The notes beneath the pieces were generated by a model that worked only from the letters and a program-made list of their open reading frames with translations, had not been told where the DNA came from and made no database searches. 53,703 bases of DNA, taken from IMG/VR virus record IMGVR_UViG_3300042507_005553, positions 1 to 53,703 of that record. One strand, 5' to 3'. Made by a program: the position numbers and the translations under genes. Positions 8,325-17,281 of this stretch are shown piece by piece. Each line of letters begins with the position of its first letter. Positions within the stretch are counted from its first letter, which is position 1. Origin of the DNA: a virus. Taxonomy: Duplodnaviria; Caudoviricetes.

Positions 8325-8765
8325 TTATTTTCCTAAATGTTTAATATATAAATATAAAAACTTAATACTATACTTATTATAATCGTTTATATCTAAATAT
8401 AGATTAAGTTTAATAGCTAAATTTCTTCCAGCTTCCCAAGCATCAAATTCTTCTCTCATAACATCTACTTTATATGCAAGCCTTCTTCTATATTTATATA
8501 TTTTATTTAAGGCATATTCTTCCCCTATAGAAGTAAAGTGATATTTTTGTTTATATAAATCCCAATCTCTCATTAATTCCCAATGACCTAATTCATGTAA
8601 TAATAAATAATATTGATGAGTTGAGTTAGTATTTATAATTTTAATTTTACTAGGAACATTTAATGTACCTCGTCTAATAATCATCTCAGAAGATTTCGAG
8701 TTCAAATTTACTTTGAACCCGAAACTCTCAGCATATTTTTTTAATATTTCTAACTCAATTTTCAT
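8325..8765 (-). CDS. HExxH metallopeptidase-like protein (ImmA/IrrE-like)
   Basis: LLHELGH plus downstream EEFDAW. Confidence 0.65.
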   Translation of the reverse strand: MKIELEILKKYAESFGFKVNLNSKSSEMIIRRGTLNVPSKIKIINTNSTHQYYLLLHELGHWELMRDWDLYKQKYHFTSIGEEYALNKIYKYRRRLAYKVDVMREEFDAWEAGRNLAIKLNLYLDINDYNKYSIKFLYLYIKHLGK

Positions 8766-8767
8766 TT

Positions 8768-9565
8768 TTAATCATTAAATGTTTCATAAGTATACTGAAC
8801 ACCATCCCCATGAAATGAAAAATACATTTTAAAATCCTTATCACAATCCCGGTTTTTGCTAAAATACATTGAACGTTGTAAACCATCCTTTGATCTCTCA
8901 ACTAAAGCCATTCCGTCAGTCATGTGTTTTAACCTATTCGAACCAGCAAAATCACCTTGTTTAGTTACTTGTTGTATATTTAGAAATGTGGTATTATAAC
9001 CACCTTTATTTTCACCTTTTTTATTTTTATCTTGTACTTGTAAAAACCAATATTCAGCTGCACTTTCAGTAGTACGATAAGCATCTTTATACATATCTAT
9101 CACTTCAGCAATTGAATCAATACCAATAACATCATATCCCATATCAAATACATGTTCAATTGTTTCTTTTACACAATGTGAATAATTTTTCAAAAACAGT
9201 GTTTGAACACAATTAAATTTAGGTAAACGTTTACAATACTTATAGTGAGCTATTTCATCCATTTCACCACTAACAAATAAACATTTGTATCCTTGTTGTG
9301 TTAAATTAGATAATATATCTAATACTATTGTTGATTTACCTGAACCTGGACCACCAGCAAAAACTAAATTAGTACCTGGCATTAAACCACCTTCAGTTGA
9401 TAAAATAGTATCAACTTCACTATTTGTTTTCATTGGTATAAATAACGCATCATTAAATTTAAGTTCGTTTCCTCTAATTAATTTAATTGAATCTGCGTTA
9501 AATAAACTTTCAATTGGTAATTGTGTTTTTGAAGGACGACCTCTTCTTTTTTGTAATTGTTGCAT
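8768..9565 (-). CDS. RadA/Sms-like RecA-family ATPase with N-terminal AT-hook
   Basis: GGPGSGKST Walker A, VSGEM, IGIDSI Walker B, QVTKQGDFAGSNRLKHMTD, SKNR; RRGRP at N-terminus. Confidence 0.8.
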   Translation of the reverse strand: MQQLQKRRGRPSKTQLPIESLFNADSIKLIRGNELKFNDALFIPMKTNSEVDTILSTEGGLMPGTNLVFAGGPGSGKSTIVLDILSNLTQQGYKCLFVSGEMDEIAHYKYCKRLPKFNCVQTLFLKNYSHCVKETIEHVFDMGYDVIGIDSIAEVIDMYKDAYRTTESAAEYWFLQVQDKNKKGENKGGYNTTFLNIQQVTKQGDFAGSNRLKHMTDGMALVERSKDGLQRSMYFSKNRDCDKDFKMYFSFHGDGVQYTYETFND

Positions 9566-9587
9566 AACCTTTATTTTTTATTTTTAA

Positions 9588-9651
9588 TTATACATAAATA
9601 TACGAAAGATCTGGCAATATGCCAAATCTCTCGTATGACTCAGTTATGACG
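9588..9651 (-). promoter_or_regulatory. phage early promoter repeat
   Basis: matches repeat consensus. Confidence 0.75.
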
Positions 9652-9656
9652 CTGTG

Positions 9657-10445
9657 TTAAGCGTATGAATGTACTAACTGAAATAACTCTTTGTTGATAC
9701 GTGTATCTTCATATACATTATTAACACCACCTAATAATTTTTTGTTCACATCTTTAATACGATTAGATTGTGTTAAATTTTCTTGAATTCGATTAAACAC
9801 TGTCCAAATGTCATTACCTTTATCTTCGTCACGTACTACATTAAGTAATTGTGCTGCATTTATTTTATTACCTACACCAAAACGAATATTTACTGCATCA
9901 CTAGCTAAAGCCATCATTTCACGAGCAGATAAATCTTTATATTTTAATTTATCGAATTCATCAATTACACCTTGTGTACGAATACCTAAATCACAAAGAA
10001 TTTCATTTAATGAATACAAATCTTTTTCAGTATGAGATACTTTAGCATTACTATAAGATGTATGAGCAATAGCACCATTTGAACAAATCATACGATATAC
10101 ACCTAAATCCATCTCTAAAGGTTTAGAACCATCACAACTGTTTTGAATATTCATATTAGCAACAGCATCAATTTTACCTTTTTTATCACGAATCATAAAA
10201 TCAGGGTGTTCCATTTTGATAAAGTGATTTTTAACTTTTCGACTTTTATCTCTAATTTCATTTGCACCTTTTATATACCATCCTTGTTGTTGAAACTCTC
10301 TGATAGCATCTAAAGATTCGATTTGAAATGGTTTTGATTTAATTAATTGATTGTTTCGCCAATCTTTGTTAAGAGAGGGAATAAACGCTACTAACTTATC
10401 AATATTATTATTTAACGGGATAAGATTTAAATTATTTCGTATCAT
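9657..10445 (-). CDS. DUF932-family protein
   Basis: NSCDGS, GVYRMICSNG, DIWTVFNRIQENL motifs; probable start MIRNN at 10445. Confidence 0.75.
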   Translation of the reverse strand: MIRNNLNLIPLNNNIDKLVAFIPSLNKDWRNNQLIKSKPFQIESLDAIREFQQQGWYIKGANEIRDKSRKVKNHFIKMEHPDFMIRDKKGKIDAVANMNIQNSCDGSKPLEMDLGVYRMICSNGAIAHTSYSNAKVSHTEKDLYSLNEILCDLGIRTQGVIDEFDKLKYKDLSAREMMALASDAVNIRFGVGNKINAAQLLNVVRDEDKGNDIWTVFNRIQENLTQSNRIKDVNKKLLGGVNNVYEDTRINKELFQLVHSYA

Positions 10446-10446
10446 A

Positions 10447-10578
10447 TTATTTTGTTTTAGGTGAATAAATTGGTTTAACATTACCTTTTGAATCGATTGT
10501 GTACGATATAGGTTGTTTGAAATTGTTCGCTTTATTATAGCGACCTTTTTTTGTTGATTTACCTCCTGAACAGCTCAT
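10447..10578 (-). CDS. small basic protein (43 aa)
   Basis: MSCSGGKSTKKGRYNKANNFKQ... directly after promoter; below ORF-track cut-off. Confidence 0.5.
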   Translation of the reverse strand: MSCSGGKSTKKGRYNKANNFKQPISYTIDSKGNVKPIYSPKTK

Positions 10579-10595
10579 AATTTTATATTTTTTGA

Positions 10596-10660
10596 TTATA
10601 CGTCAATATACGAAAGATTTGATACAAGACCAAACCTTTCATATTACACTTAAATTACGT
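10596..10660 (-). promoter_or_regulatory. phage early promoter repeat (GTCA boxes degenerate)
   Basis: TTTGG...TTCGTATATTGACGTATAA. Confidence 0.7.
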
Positions 10661-10668
10661 TAATTATT

Positions 10669-10893
10669 TTACTCTTCGATATTATATTTTTCTTTCATTC
10701 GTTTGTAAAATTCTGGAGTTTCGGGAGCGTATTTTTTAAGTAACTCTAGATGATATTGATGTTTATATTCTTCATCATCAATTGTTTCATACTTAATTAA
10801 ATCTCTTAATTTAGCAGCCATTTCATAATGTTCTGTTTCAACACACCGCTCTAAACGCTCTTGCATTATATCAACCAAATCACTTTGTGTCAT
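10669..10893 (-). CDS. UVR (UvrB/UvrC-motif) domain protein
   Basis: LERCVETEHYEMAAKLRDLIK. Confidence 0.65.
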   Translation of the reverse strand: MTQSDLVDIMQERLERCVETEHYEMAAKLRDLIKYETIDDEEYKHQYHLELLKKYAPETPEFYKRMKEKYNIEE

Positions 10894-10897
10894 AATA

Positions 10898-11431
10898 TTA
10901 TCTTTTATAAAGATTAATAAACATGGTCATATATTTTTCTTCCTCTAAAACATTATCAAAAATTTTATTTTGAGGTGTTCGTATATTAACCATATTACCT
11001 GAAATTTTAAACATAGCTTTTTTATTTCCTTCAATATAAAGATCAAACATTCCATTCCCTACTTTTAGTAATTCATTTGATTTAGGATTTGATTGATGAA
11101 TTCCTTGAGCTTTTACATTAACATAGCCAAAAACCTGGTCCATCATCATTTTCCAAGCAATACCATGAGGTGCAGGATCGTTGTTATGTGGTAATGGTTT
11201 AAAATAATGATGATCATAAGCATGACAAAGTTCATGACATATAGTATCTTTTTCTAATTCAGTATTTAATATAAATGAAGATAAATTTATTAAATAATGA
11301 CCATGTTCTATATAACGACAATGACCAAATTTGGATTTTGCTTTTTCAGATACCTTATATGTAATTTTTAATTTAGGAACTTTTAAAGTATTTGATATCT
11401 TACTATTCATTTGTTCTAATATAATGCTCAT
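10898..11431 (-). CDS. SprT-like zinc metalloprotease
   Basis: FGHC, TICHELCHAY, PHGIAWK. Confidence 0.8.
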   Translation of the reverse strand: MSIILEQMNSKISNTLKVPKLKITYKVSEKAKSKFGHCRYIEHGHYLINLSSFILNTELEKDTICHELCHAYDHHYFKPLPHNNDPAPHGIAWKMMMDQVFGYVNVKAQGIHQSNPKSNELLKVGNGMFDLYIEGNKKAMFKISGNMVNIRTPQNKIFDNVLEEEKYMTMFINLYKR

Positions 11432-11494
11432 ATTATTTATTATTTATTATTTCTATTAAATAATTTTGTTTCATAACTTATGTTTTTTATGTTA

Positions 11495-12004
11495 TTAAAT
11501 ATATTCTATAAAATTTATAGGTATATCGTATTTTTCGAATTCTTTTTTTTCTATATTATTTAATGGTCTATCTTTTATAAAATTATAATTAGTAATATCT
11601 ATTTGTTTTATATAAGGTAAAATATCTATTTTATTATTATATTTTTCAACAGGTATTATAACTTCAGCTTCAAAACTTTTATCTGATTTTTTAAAAATAT
11701 TAGGATTTCTTTTAAAAAGATAATCATCAAATTTTGTTTCTGGAGATGTTTGAGTGTAGGGGATTATTTTGTATTTAGTTGATAATTTATTTCCGTCTAT
11801 TGTTATTTTAACCTCATGCTTTTCATTGCCTAAAGTTGCTAAATTTTTATTTCTAGTAAATGAAATATATTTTCTTTCTTTAGACGGAATTAATATTTTT
11901 GATTTTAGGATTTCTTTTAAATTAGCCATTGATGTAAAATGATATATATCTCCTACTTGTTTTCCTTCAGTGATCTCTTTCAATAACTCTACTAATTTTT
12001 TCAT
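11495..12004 (-). CDS. putative ADP-ribosyltransferase-fold protein with MKKLVELLKEITE leader
   Basis: IYHFTS...ISFTR...EAEV pattern. Confidence 0.45.
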   Translation of the reverse strand: MKKLVELLKEITEGKQVGDIYHFTSMANLKEILKSKILIPSKERKYISFTRNKNLATLGNEKHEVKITIDGNKLSTKYKIIPYTQTSPETKFDDYLFKRNPNIFKKSDKSFEAEVIIPVEKYNNKIDILPYIKQIDITNYNFIKDRPLNNIEKKEFEKYDIPINFIEYI

Positions 12005-12141
12005 GTTTGTATTTTGTTATAAATATTAATCTATTGATTCAGGTTCAAAAACAGCAACGTTATTTTTAAACAATGCCTTTTCTTTATTATCTAATTCAGA
12101 AAAAATACCTAATTTTATTATTTTTGTTTTTTTATTTTTAA

Positions 12142-12205
12142 TTATACATAAATATACGAACGAAATTTAGGGTTGCCAACCATATTGTATGACGCAGTCA
12201 TGACG
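12142..12205 (-). promoter_or_regulatory. phage early promoter repeat
   Basis: matches repeat consensus. Confidence 0.75.
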
Positions 12206-12485
12206 CCTATATAAGTATATATGACTATCGACATGAAAGGGATGTATAAAGAATTTTTTGTAGGGGATGTGAAAATGACGTGAAATGGTATTTCGGAAAT
12301 TGCGGATATGCTATGGTGTATATATGGATATATGAGATCGATGTGGAAAGGTCGTTTGCGATAGGGTTGTACATGTAAGCACCTTTTCCGTCGCCCGCCG
12401 TATCGATGGATAACGGCGCACGTGGGAGCATATATAGTACCTGGGCGGCCATACGATATGCCCACCCAAGTACCTCATACGTTCT

Positions 12486-12529
12486 AAGTACGTTGTCCTA
12501 TCCTACCAAGTACGTTGTCCTATCCTACC
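12486..12529. repeat. 2 x 22 bp tandem repeat
   Basis: aagtacgttgtcctatcctacc twice. Confidence 0.85.
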
Positions 12530-12782
12530 ACGACATTACGAATTCTAAATCGTAATCTGCCATCTCTGGTTTCTCACTATTCTTCATTCTACGGCTTGAT
12601 ATTTTATACATTGCATTTGCAATTGTATCGTTGACTTTTCTTCTACCAGCCATTACATTTGAAATGTGTGAAACTGAATAACCTGTTGTCTCAGCAATAC
12701 GAGTAGCATCTCCACTACGTTTACGTGCTGTGTAAAATGCTTGTTTCGCACTTCGGTTCAAGTAATTTACTCTTACTCTCAT
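12525..12782 (-). CDS. HTH (Cro/XRE-like) DNA-binding protein
   Basis: ATRIAETTGYSVSHISNVMAGRR helix-turn-helix; probable start MRVRV. Confidence 0.7.
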   Translation of the reverse strand: MRVRVNYLNRSAKQAFYTARKRSGDATRIAETTGYSVSHISNVMAGRRKVNDTIANAMYKISSRRMKNSEKPEMADYDLEFVMSW

Positions 12783-13006
12783 TTTATTTAAATTAATTGA
12801 TGACATTTAATTTGCTCTACTACCACAAAACAACCTTATAATACACGTCCAGGGGGGGAACAATGGTATTTAAGTAACAACTAATGGCCGCAGAGACTTT
12901 GAATTAGTTGATTATTGGAATGTGGTAAGGGAGGATACTACCTCCCGGCATACCATGTCCAATTAAGTGTTGGAATCATTCCATAATAAAAAATAAAAAA
13001 CAATAG

Positions 13007-13081
13007 TAGTCAGGACAGGATTCGAACCTATATCTCTCAAGAGTCACCCCTTGAGTGCTTTACCAATTCCACCACCTGACT
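13007..13081 (-). ncRNA. tRNA-like RNA A (AGTCAGG family), anticodon loop replaced
   Basis: AGTCAGG/CCTGACT-A acceptor, GTGGAATTGGTAAAGCAC D-arm, ATAGG-TTCGAAT-CCTGT T-arm; middle stem closed by GTGA tetraloop. Confidence 0.65.
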
Positions 13082-13163
13082 GTTTGCTTGTCTTTCCAAG
13101 CTGCCAGGTAAGTTCTCCAGCTTAACGGACTGGATGCCATATAGGAAGATTACCATTTCTTCG

Positions 13164-13289
13164 TAGTCAGGACAGGATTCGAACCTGCATCGCTTCCGCA
13201 CTTCTGCGTTGATACCCTTTTTGTTTAATGTGAGGATTGGAAATACCTCATTACAGTTTTTCATCGTCTTCCATTTCCGCCACCTGACT
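13164..13289 (-). ncRNA. tRNA-like RNA B (AGTCAGG family), long insert
   Basis: same ends as A with ~70 nt unrelated middle. Confidence 0.6.
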
Positions 13290-13512
13290 ATTCTGTTGGC
13301 ACTGTAAAAATCCCGATATCAGGTAATAATACCTCTTTACCTATAAGATCATCTATATAATAAATATTCCCTTCAGAATCTTCAAACTGCATATCATCAT
13401 TAAAGTTTTCAACATCATTTAATACTGAAAATATAACTTGTCCTTTTGTGGAAGACTCTTGTCTACCAAAGTTATCAATAACCTCAGAATAATATGTTAT
13501 TTTTATAGCCAT
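13288..13512 (-). CDS. hypothetical protein
   Basis: 74 aa ORF. Confidence 0.6.
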   Translation of the reverse strand: MAIKITYYSEVIDNFGRQESSTKGQVIFSVLNDVENFNDDMQFEDSEGNIYYIDDLIGKEVLLPDIGIFTVPTE

Positions 13513-13515
13513 AAT

Positions 13516-13980
13516 TTATTCTCCTATATTTAATTCTTTAATATCATCTTCTGTTGGAACAAATTCATCCACAACTATATCTTCAATTTCTAATTCATCA
13601 TCTTGAGCTACATCTTCAAATCCTTTACCAGCCGCTTGTATTGTATCAACTGAACGGATATAAGTAACTGGTTTACCTGTTGGATGAGAAACGGTCTTAT
13701 GGTTTGTACCCTCACTCAACACAACTGTTTCTACAGTTTTTACTTCGCTTGATTTCGCTTTTTTCACTTTAGGTTCTTTAGGTACCTTAACCTTAGGTGC
13801 TTTAACAACTACTGGGGCATTTGGATCCACTACTTTAGCTGGTCTACCTCTTTTAATTACTACACCATTTGCTTTTAATTCAGCAAATTTATTTAATCTC
13901 ATTTGACGGGCACTATCAGATTTAACTGGTCTACCTCTACGTTCTGTCTTTGTTTCTATTACTATTTTTTTCTTACTCAT
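13516..13980 (-). CDS. AT-hook protein, Lys-rich with acidic tail
   Basis: RRGRP and KRGRP motifs. Confidence 0.65.
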   Translation of the reverse strand: MSKKKIVIETKTERRGRPVKSDSARQMRLNKFAELKANGVVIKRGRPAKVVDPNAPVVVKAPKVKVPKEPKVKKAKSSEVKTVETVVLSEGTNHKTVSHPTGKPVTYIRSVDTIQAAGKGFEDVAQDDELEIEDIVVDEFVPTEDDIKELNIGE

Positions 13981-14006
13981 AACCTTTATTTTTATTTAAT
14001 TTTTAA

Positions 14007-14070
14007 TTATACATTAATATACGAACCATTTTTATAACTGCCAACTCTTCGGGATGACTTAGTTATGACG
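14007..14070 (-). promoter_or_regulatory. phage early promoter repeat
   Basis: matches repeat consensus. Confidence 0.75.
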
Positions 14071-14074
14071 CTTT

Positions 14075-14293
14075 TTATGCGATAATTTCTTTATACTCTA
14101 CTCTCCAGATATTACCACTAGAGTCCTTTACAGTGACTGTTTTAGGATTAATTCTGATAATCTCACCTGAATAGTTCCATGTTTCATAACTACGACCATC
14201 ATGGAATAATTTACTCCATTTAACCACTTCGCCAATTTCAAATTTACGAATGTCTTGTACTTTTACTGCTGCTTTTTTAATTAATGTTGCCAT
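14075..14293 (-). CDS. small SH3/KOW-like barrel protein
   Basis: FEIGEVVKW...GEIIRINPKTVTV...WRV pattern. Confidence 0.5.
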   Translation of the reverse strand: MATLIKKAAVKVQDIRKFEIGEVVKWSKLFHDGRSYETWNYSGEIIRINPKTVTVKDSSGNIWRVEYKEIIA

Positions 14294-14316
14294 GTTTTTT
14301 ATTTTTTATTTTTTTA

Positions 14317-14380
14317 TTATACATCAATATACGAATCCTGTTTCGCCTCGCCAAATTTTTCGTATGACTTAGTTATGACA
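14317..14380 (-). promoter_or_regulatory. phage early promoter repeat
   Basis: matches repeat consensus. Confidence 0.75.
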
Positions 14381-14716
14381 CTGTTCAATTAATTTAGTAA
14401 TTACTTCAATAATTTGTTGTGGATTTAAAGATTCCAATTGCTCAATAATTTGATCAGGAGTTAATTTATTATGTTTAGGTCTGTTGTCTTCTACATACCC
14501 ACTACTATCTTCATAATAAATTTCTTTACCATTTGAATCGTATTCGGTTTTACGCCAAAATCCATCACTCGTTTCATAATAAATTTCTTTACCATTTGAA
14601 TCATATTCTCTTTGATCCCAATATCCATCACTCATTTCAAAATAAATTTCTTTACCATTTTTATCTTTTATTTCAAAAGGAAACTCTTTAATTTTTAATT
14701 GTTGTGCTATTGTCAT
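14369..14716 (-). CDS. beta-hairpin repeat protein
   Basis: three ~21 aa repeats EYDSNGKEIYYExSDGxW. Confidence 0.7.
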   Translation of the reverse strand: MTIAQQLKIKEFPFEIKDKNGKEIYFEMSDGYWDQREYDSNGKEIYYETSDGFWRKTEYDSNGKEIYYEDSSGYVEDNRPKHNKLTPDQIIEQLESLNPQQIIEVITKLIEQCHN

Positions 14717-14730
14717 TTTTTTTTATTTTT

Positions 14731-15318
14731 TTATTTCTTAATATTATATATTTTATCCCATAAACTAGTATCAAATTCTTCATTACATTCAGTATAATCT
14801 CTCCATTTTCCATTTTTAAAACATCCATCATTATCATGAAGCTTCATTAATGGACAATTATAATCATGGTTCCAAGAATATTTAAAACGAATCTCTTCCT
14901 CTCCATCTACCAAATAACTCCCTTGATAAACACCACTCTTACATTTTTTATGTCTATAATATCTTTTTCCAGGTATTAATCCTAATAAATCATCGATTTT
15001 CTTTTCACCTTCCTCATATTCAAATAATTCAAAAATAACCATTCCTCTACCTCTACCTTTACCTGGTTTCTCAACATATCCTTCTGCTAAATTAAGAATT
15101 GGATCATTTTCTTGTAGATATTTTATTCCTCCTAATTTATCCATTTTTTCTTTGTCATCAAAATCAAATCCACACCATTTAAATATTATTCTAAGAGCAT
15201 CATCTCCTTCAACTAAATAACATGGATTATTAGGATTATCATGTTTAATAAAATACCATTTTTCAGATTTAATATCACTTACATCTACTAATTTTAGTTT
15301 CTTTTTAATTTTACTCAT
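14731..15318 (-). CDS. hypothetical early protein
   Basis: 195 aa ORF after promoter. Confidence 0.65.
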   Translation of the reverse strand: MSKIKKKLKLVDVSDIKSEKWYFIKHDNPNNPCYLVEGDDALRIIFKWCGFDFDDKEKMDKLGGIKYLQENDPILNLAEGYVEKPGKGRGRGMVIFELFEYEEGEKKIDDLLGLIPGKRYYRHKKCKSGVYQGSYLVDGEEEIRFKYSWNHDYNCPLMKLHDNDGCFKNGKWRDYTECNEEFDTSLWDKIYNIKK

Positions 15319-15335
15319 AATTTTTTATTTTTTTA

Positions 15336-15400
15336 TTATACATAAATGTACGAACGAAATTAGGGAAAGCCAACCATTTCATATGACTCAGTTATGACGT
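15336..15400 (-). promoter_or_regulatory. phage early promoter repeat
   Basis: matches repeat consensus. Confidence 0.72.
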
Positions 15401-15648
15401 AGTCAAAGGTAGCCGTTCATGGGTATGAACAGCGTATACGTAAGGGGCGATAAGGCAGAAGTAGTTAAGTAGTTGCGTTTACATTTAGATATATTTCGTT
15501 TGTGATGGTGAGGTTCGTATCATTCTTATACACACTTGGTGGGATCTACTACTCACTACGCCGTGGCCAACACCGGAAATCGTCTCGTTCAACGTAATTG
15601 CTACTAATACATATGTTAAGGGGGTGTTAAAGTCAATTTTTCATGTAA

Positions 15649-16239
15649 TTATTTTGATTTTTTTGATTTAGCAGGACGACCTCTTTTACCGCCGGATTTC
15701 TTTGCTTTTGCATTTAATTCTGCTTGACGAATTATTTTTTCTTCATCACTAAGTGATGGTCTACCACGTTTACCACCTTTACTAACTTTAGGTGTTTTAG
15801 GTGTTAAAGATGCAGGACGACCTCTTTTACCACCAGTAGGAATATATACAACTTTTTCTTTTACATCTAATCCAAGTGATGGTCTACCTCTTTTACGTTT
15901 AATTCCATCATTTACAGTTTCATTTGCTACAACAACATTATCTTCTTTTTCAAAAAATTTCATCATTTTTAATTCAAATGGATGTACAATAACTTGATCA
16001 TAGTCAAAATTTCTTATTTCACCTGATGGACCATATACTTCGAATCCACCATCAATGAAATATTTATTTTCACCTGGTTCATATTTTTGTTTTAAGGTAA
16101 ATATTGTAGTATGTTCATTTTCAAAAAATGGTGAAGGTAAAACTCTACAACCTTTAGTAAAATTCATAAATTTATTATCTACATCTTTGTAAACTTTAAA
16201 TATTATATCATCTGTTATTTTTCTAGTACTTATATACAT
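15649..16239 (-). CDS. multi-AT-hook protein
   Basis: four KRGRP motifs in C-terminal half. Confidence 0.75.
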   Translation of the reverse strand: MYISTRKITDDIIFKVYKDVDNKFMNFTKGCRVLPSPFFENEHTTIFTLKQKYEPGENKYFIDGGFEVYGPSGEIRNFDYDQVIVHPFELKMMKFFEKEDNVVVANETVNDGIKRKRGRPSLGLDVKEKVVYIPTGGKRGRPASLTPKTPKVSKGGKRGRPSLSDEEKIIRQAELNAKAKKSGGKRGRPAKSKKSK

Positions 16240-16254
16240 ATTTTTTATTTTTTA

Positions 16255-16318
16255 TTATACGTCAATATACGAACCCTGTTTCGCTTCGCCAAACTTCTCA
16301 TATGAAGCTGTTGTGACA
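16255..16318 (-). promoter_or_regulatory. phage early promoter repeat
   Basis: matches repeat consensus. Confidence 0.75.
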
Positions 16319-16662
16319 TCTTAATAATTAATGTATATTTAAATATTTTACTTAGCCAAATTTATTAAATGAAGCATTCACTATATCGTTATAATGTATT
16401 GGTAATTAATGTATTATAAAAAGAGTTGAGGTGCACCTAAACTTTCTTTTAGGTGTATCGACGAAAGAGTTGAGGGCGCACGAAAAATGGGTTATATTCT
16501 ACACACCTCCCCACGGTCCATATTAATCTACAGGTAACATATGCTCTTTCCTTTCCGCATTTACCTGCTCTAATCCAACAGACGATTTCCACATATAATA
16601 ATTCATTATCCTTATTTTTACCGCCGTATTCTAACCTATAACGCGTTGATTTCACCCCATAC

Positions 16663-17280
16663 TTAATTTAGCCGACGTACACCCTCTTTATAATAACTAA
16701 GTGAAGTTCTACCATCTACCATTATTACCTCAATCAATAATTCTTTATAATCATTTATACTACACCCTGTAATTATGGCTTCAATCCACATACCTCCATT
16801 ATCTCCAATATCACCCGTTTTTTCCCATTTTTGACCATCGAATACTTGGATTTTTTGTCCTATATTATATCCATTTTCATTTAACATTTGTTTTGCCTCT
16901 GGTGTCGGACTGAATTGTTCTATGATATCTCCATTATATAATCTACTTACCGACCAATATTCTACTCCCTCCATTGTATCTACTTGTTTCAGAAATTCTT
17001 CATAATCTTCTTTAGTTTCTAAAGTACCACAATGTGTTCCTATACAATCAATAAGTTTTATTCTAGATGAACCGAATGGATTTTTTATTTCTACTATTTC
17101 CCAATCATCTTGGGTTATTTGAGTTAATAATTTATTTCTACTATTATGTTTTATTGTTTCACTATAATAATAACCACAATTATTACAGATAATATAAGAT
17201 TCCCCTGTTTTATAATAATAATCTGTTTGAGCCTCTGTTTTACAATTAGGACATTCTATTATATCTATTACACTTCCCAT
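16663..17280 (-). CDS. zinc-ribbon protein
   Basis: probable start MGSVIDIIECPNC...CNNCGY. Confidence 0.65.
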   Translation of the reverse strand: MGSVIDIIECPNCKTEAQTDYYYKTGESYIICNNCGYYYSETIKHNSRNKLLTQITQDDWEIVEIKNPFGSSRIKLIDCIGTHCGTLETKEDYEEFLKQVDTMEGVEYWSVSRLYNGDIIEQFSPTPEAKQMLNENGYNIGQKIQVFDGQKWEKTGDIGDNGGMWIEAIITGCSINDYKELLIEVIMVDGRTSLSYYKEGVRRLN

Positions 17281-17281
17281 T

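Noticed and set aside
12142-12465. ORFs 12142-12465 and 12225-12452
   Set aside because: Atypical composition and no motifs; the longer one overlaps a promoter repeat.
13037-13264. 75 aa ORF
   Set aside because: Runs through two tRNA-like elements (CRFESCPDY is the T-arm translated); probably spurious.
16449-16655. 68 aa ORF
   Set aside because: Non-ATG start, overlaps the repeat/hairpin block, no motif; not supportable.
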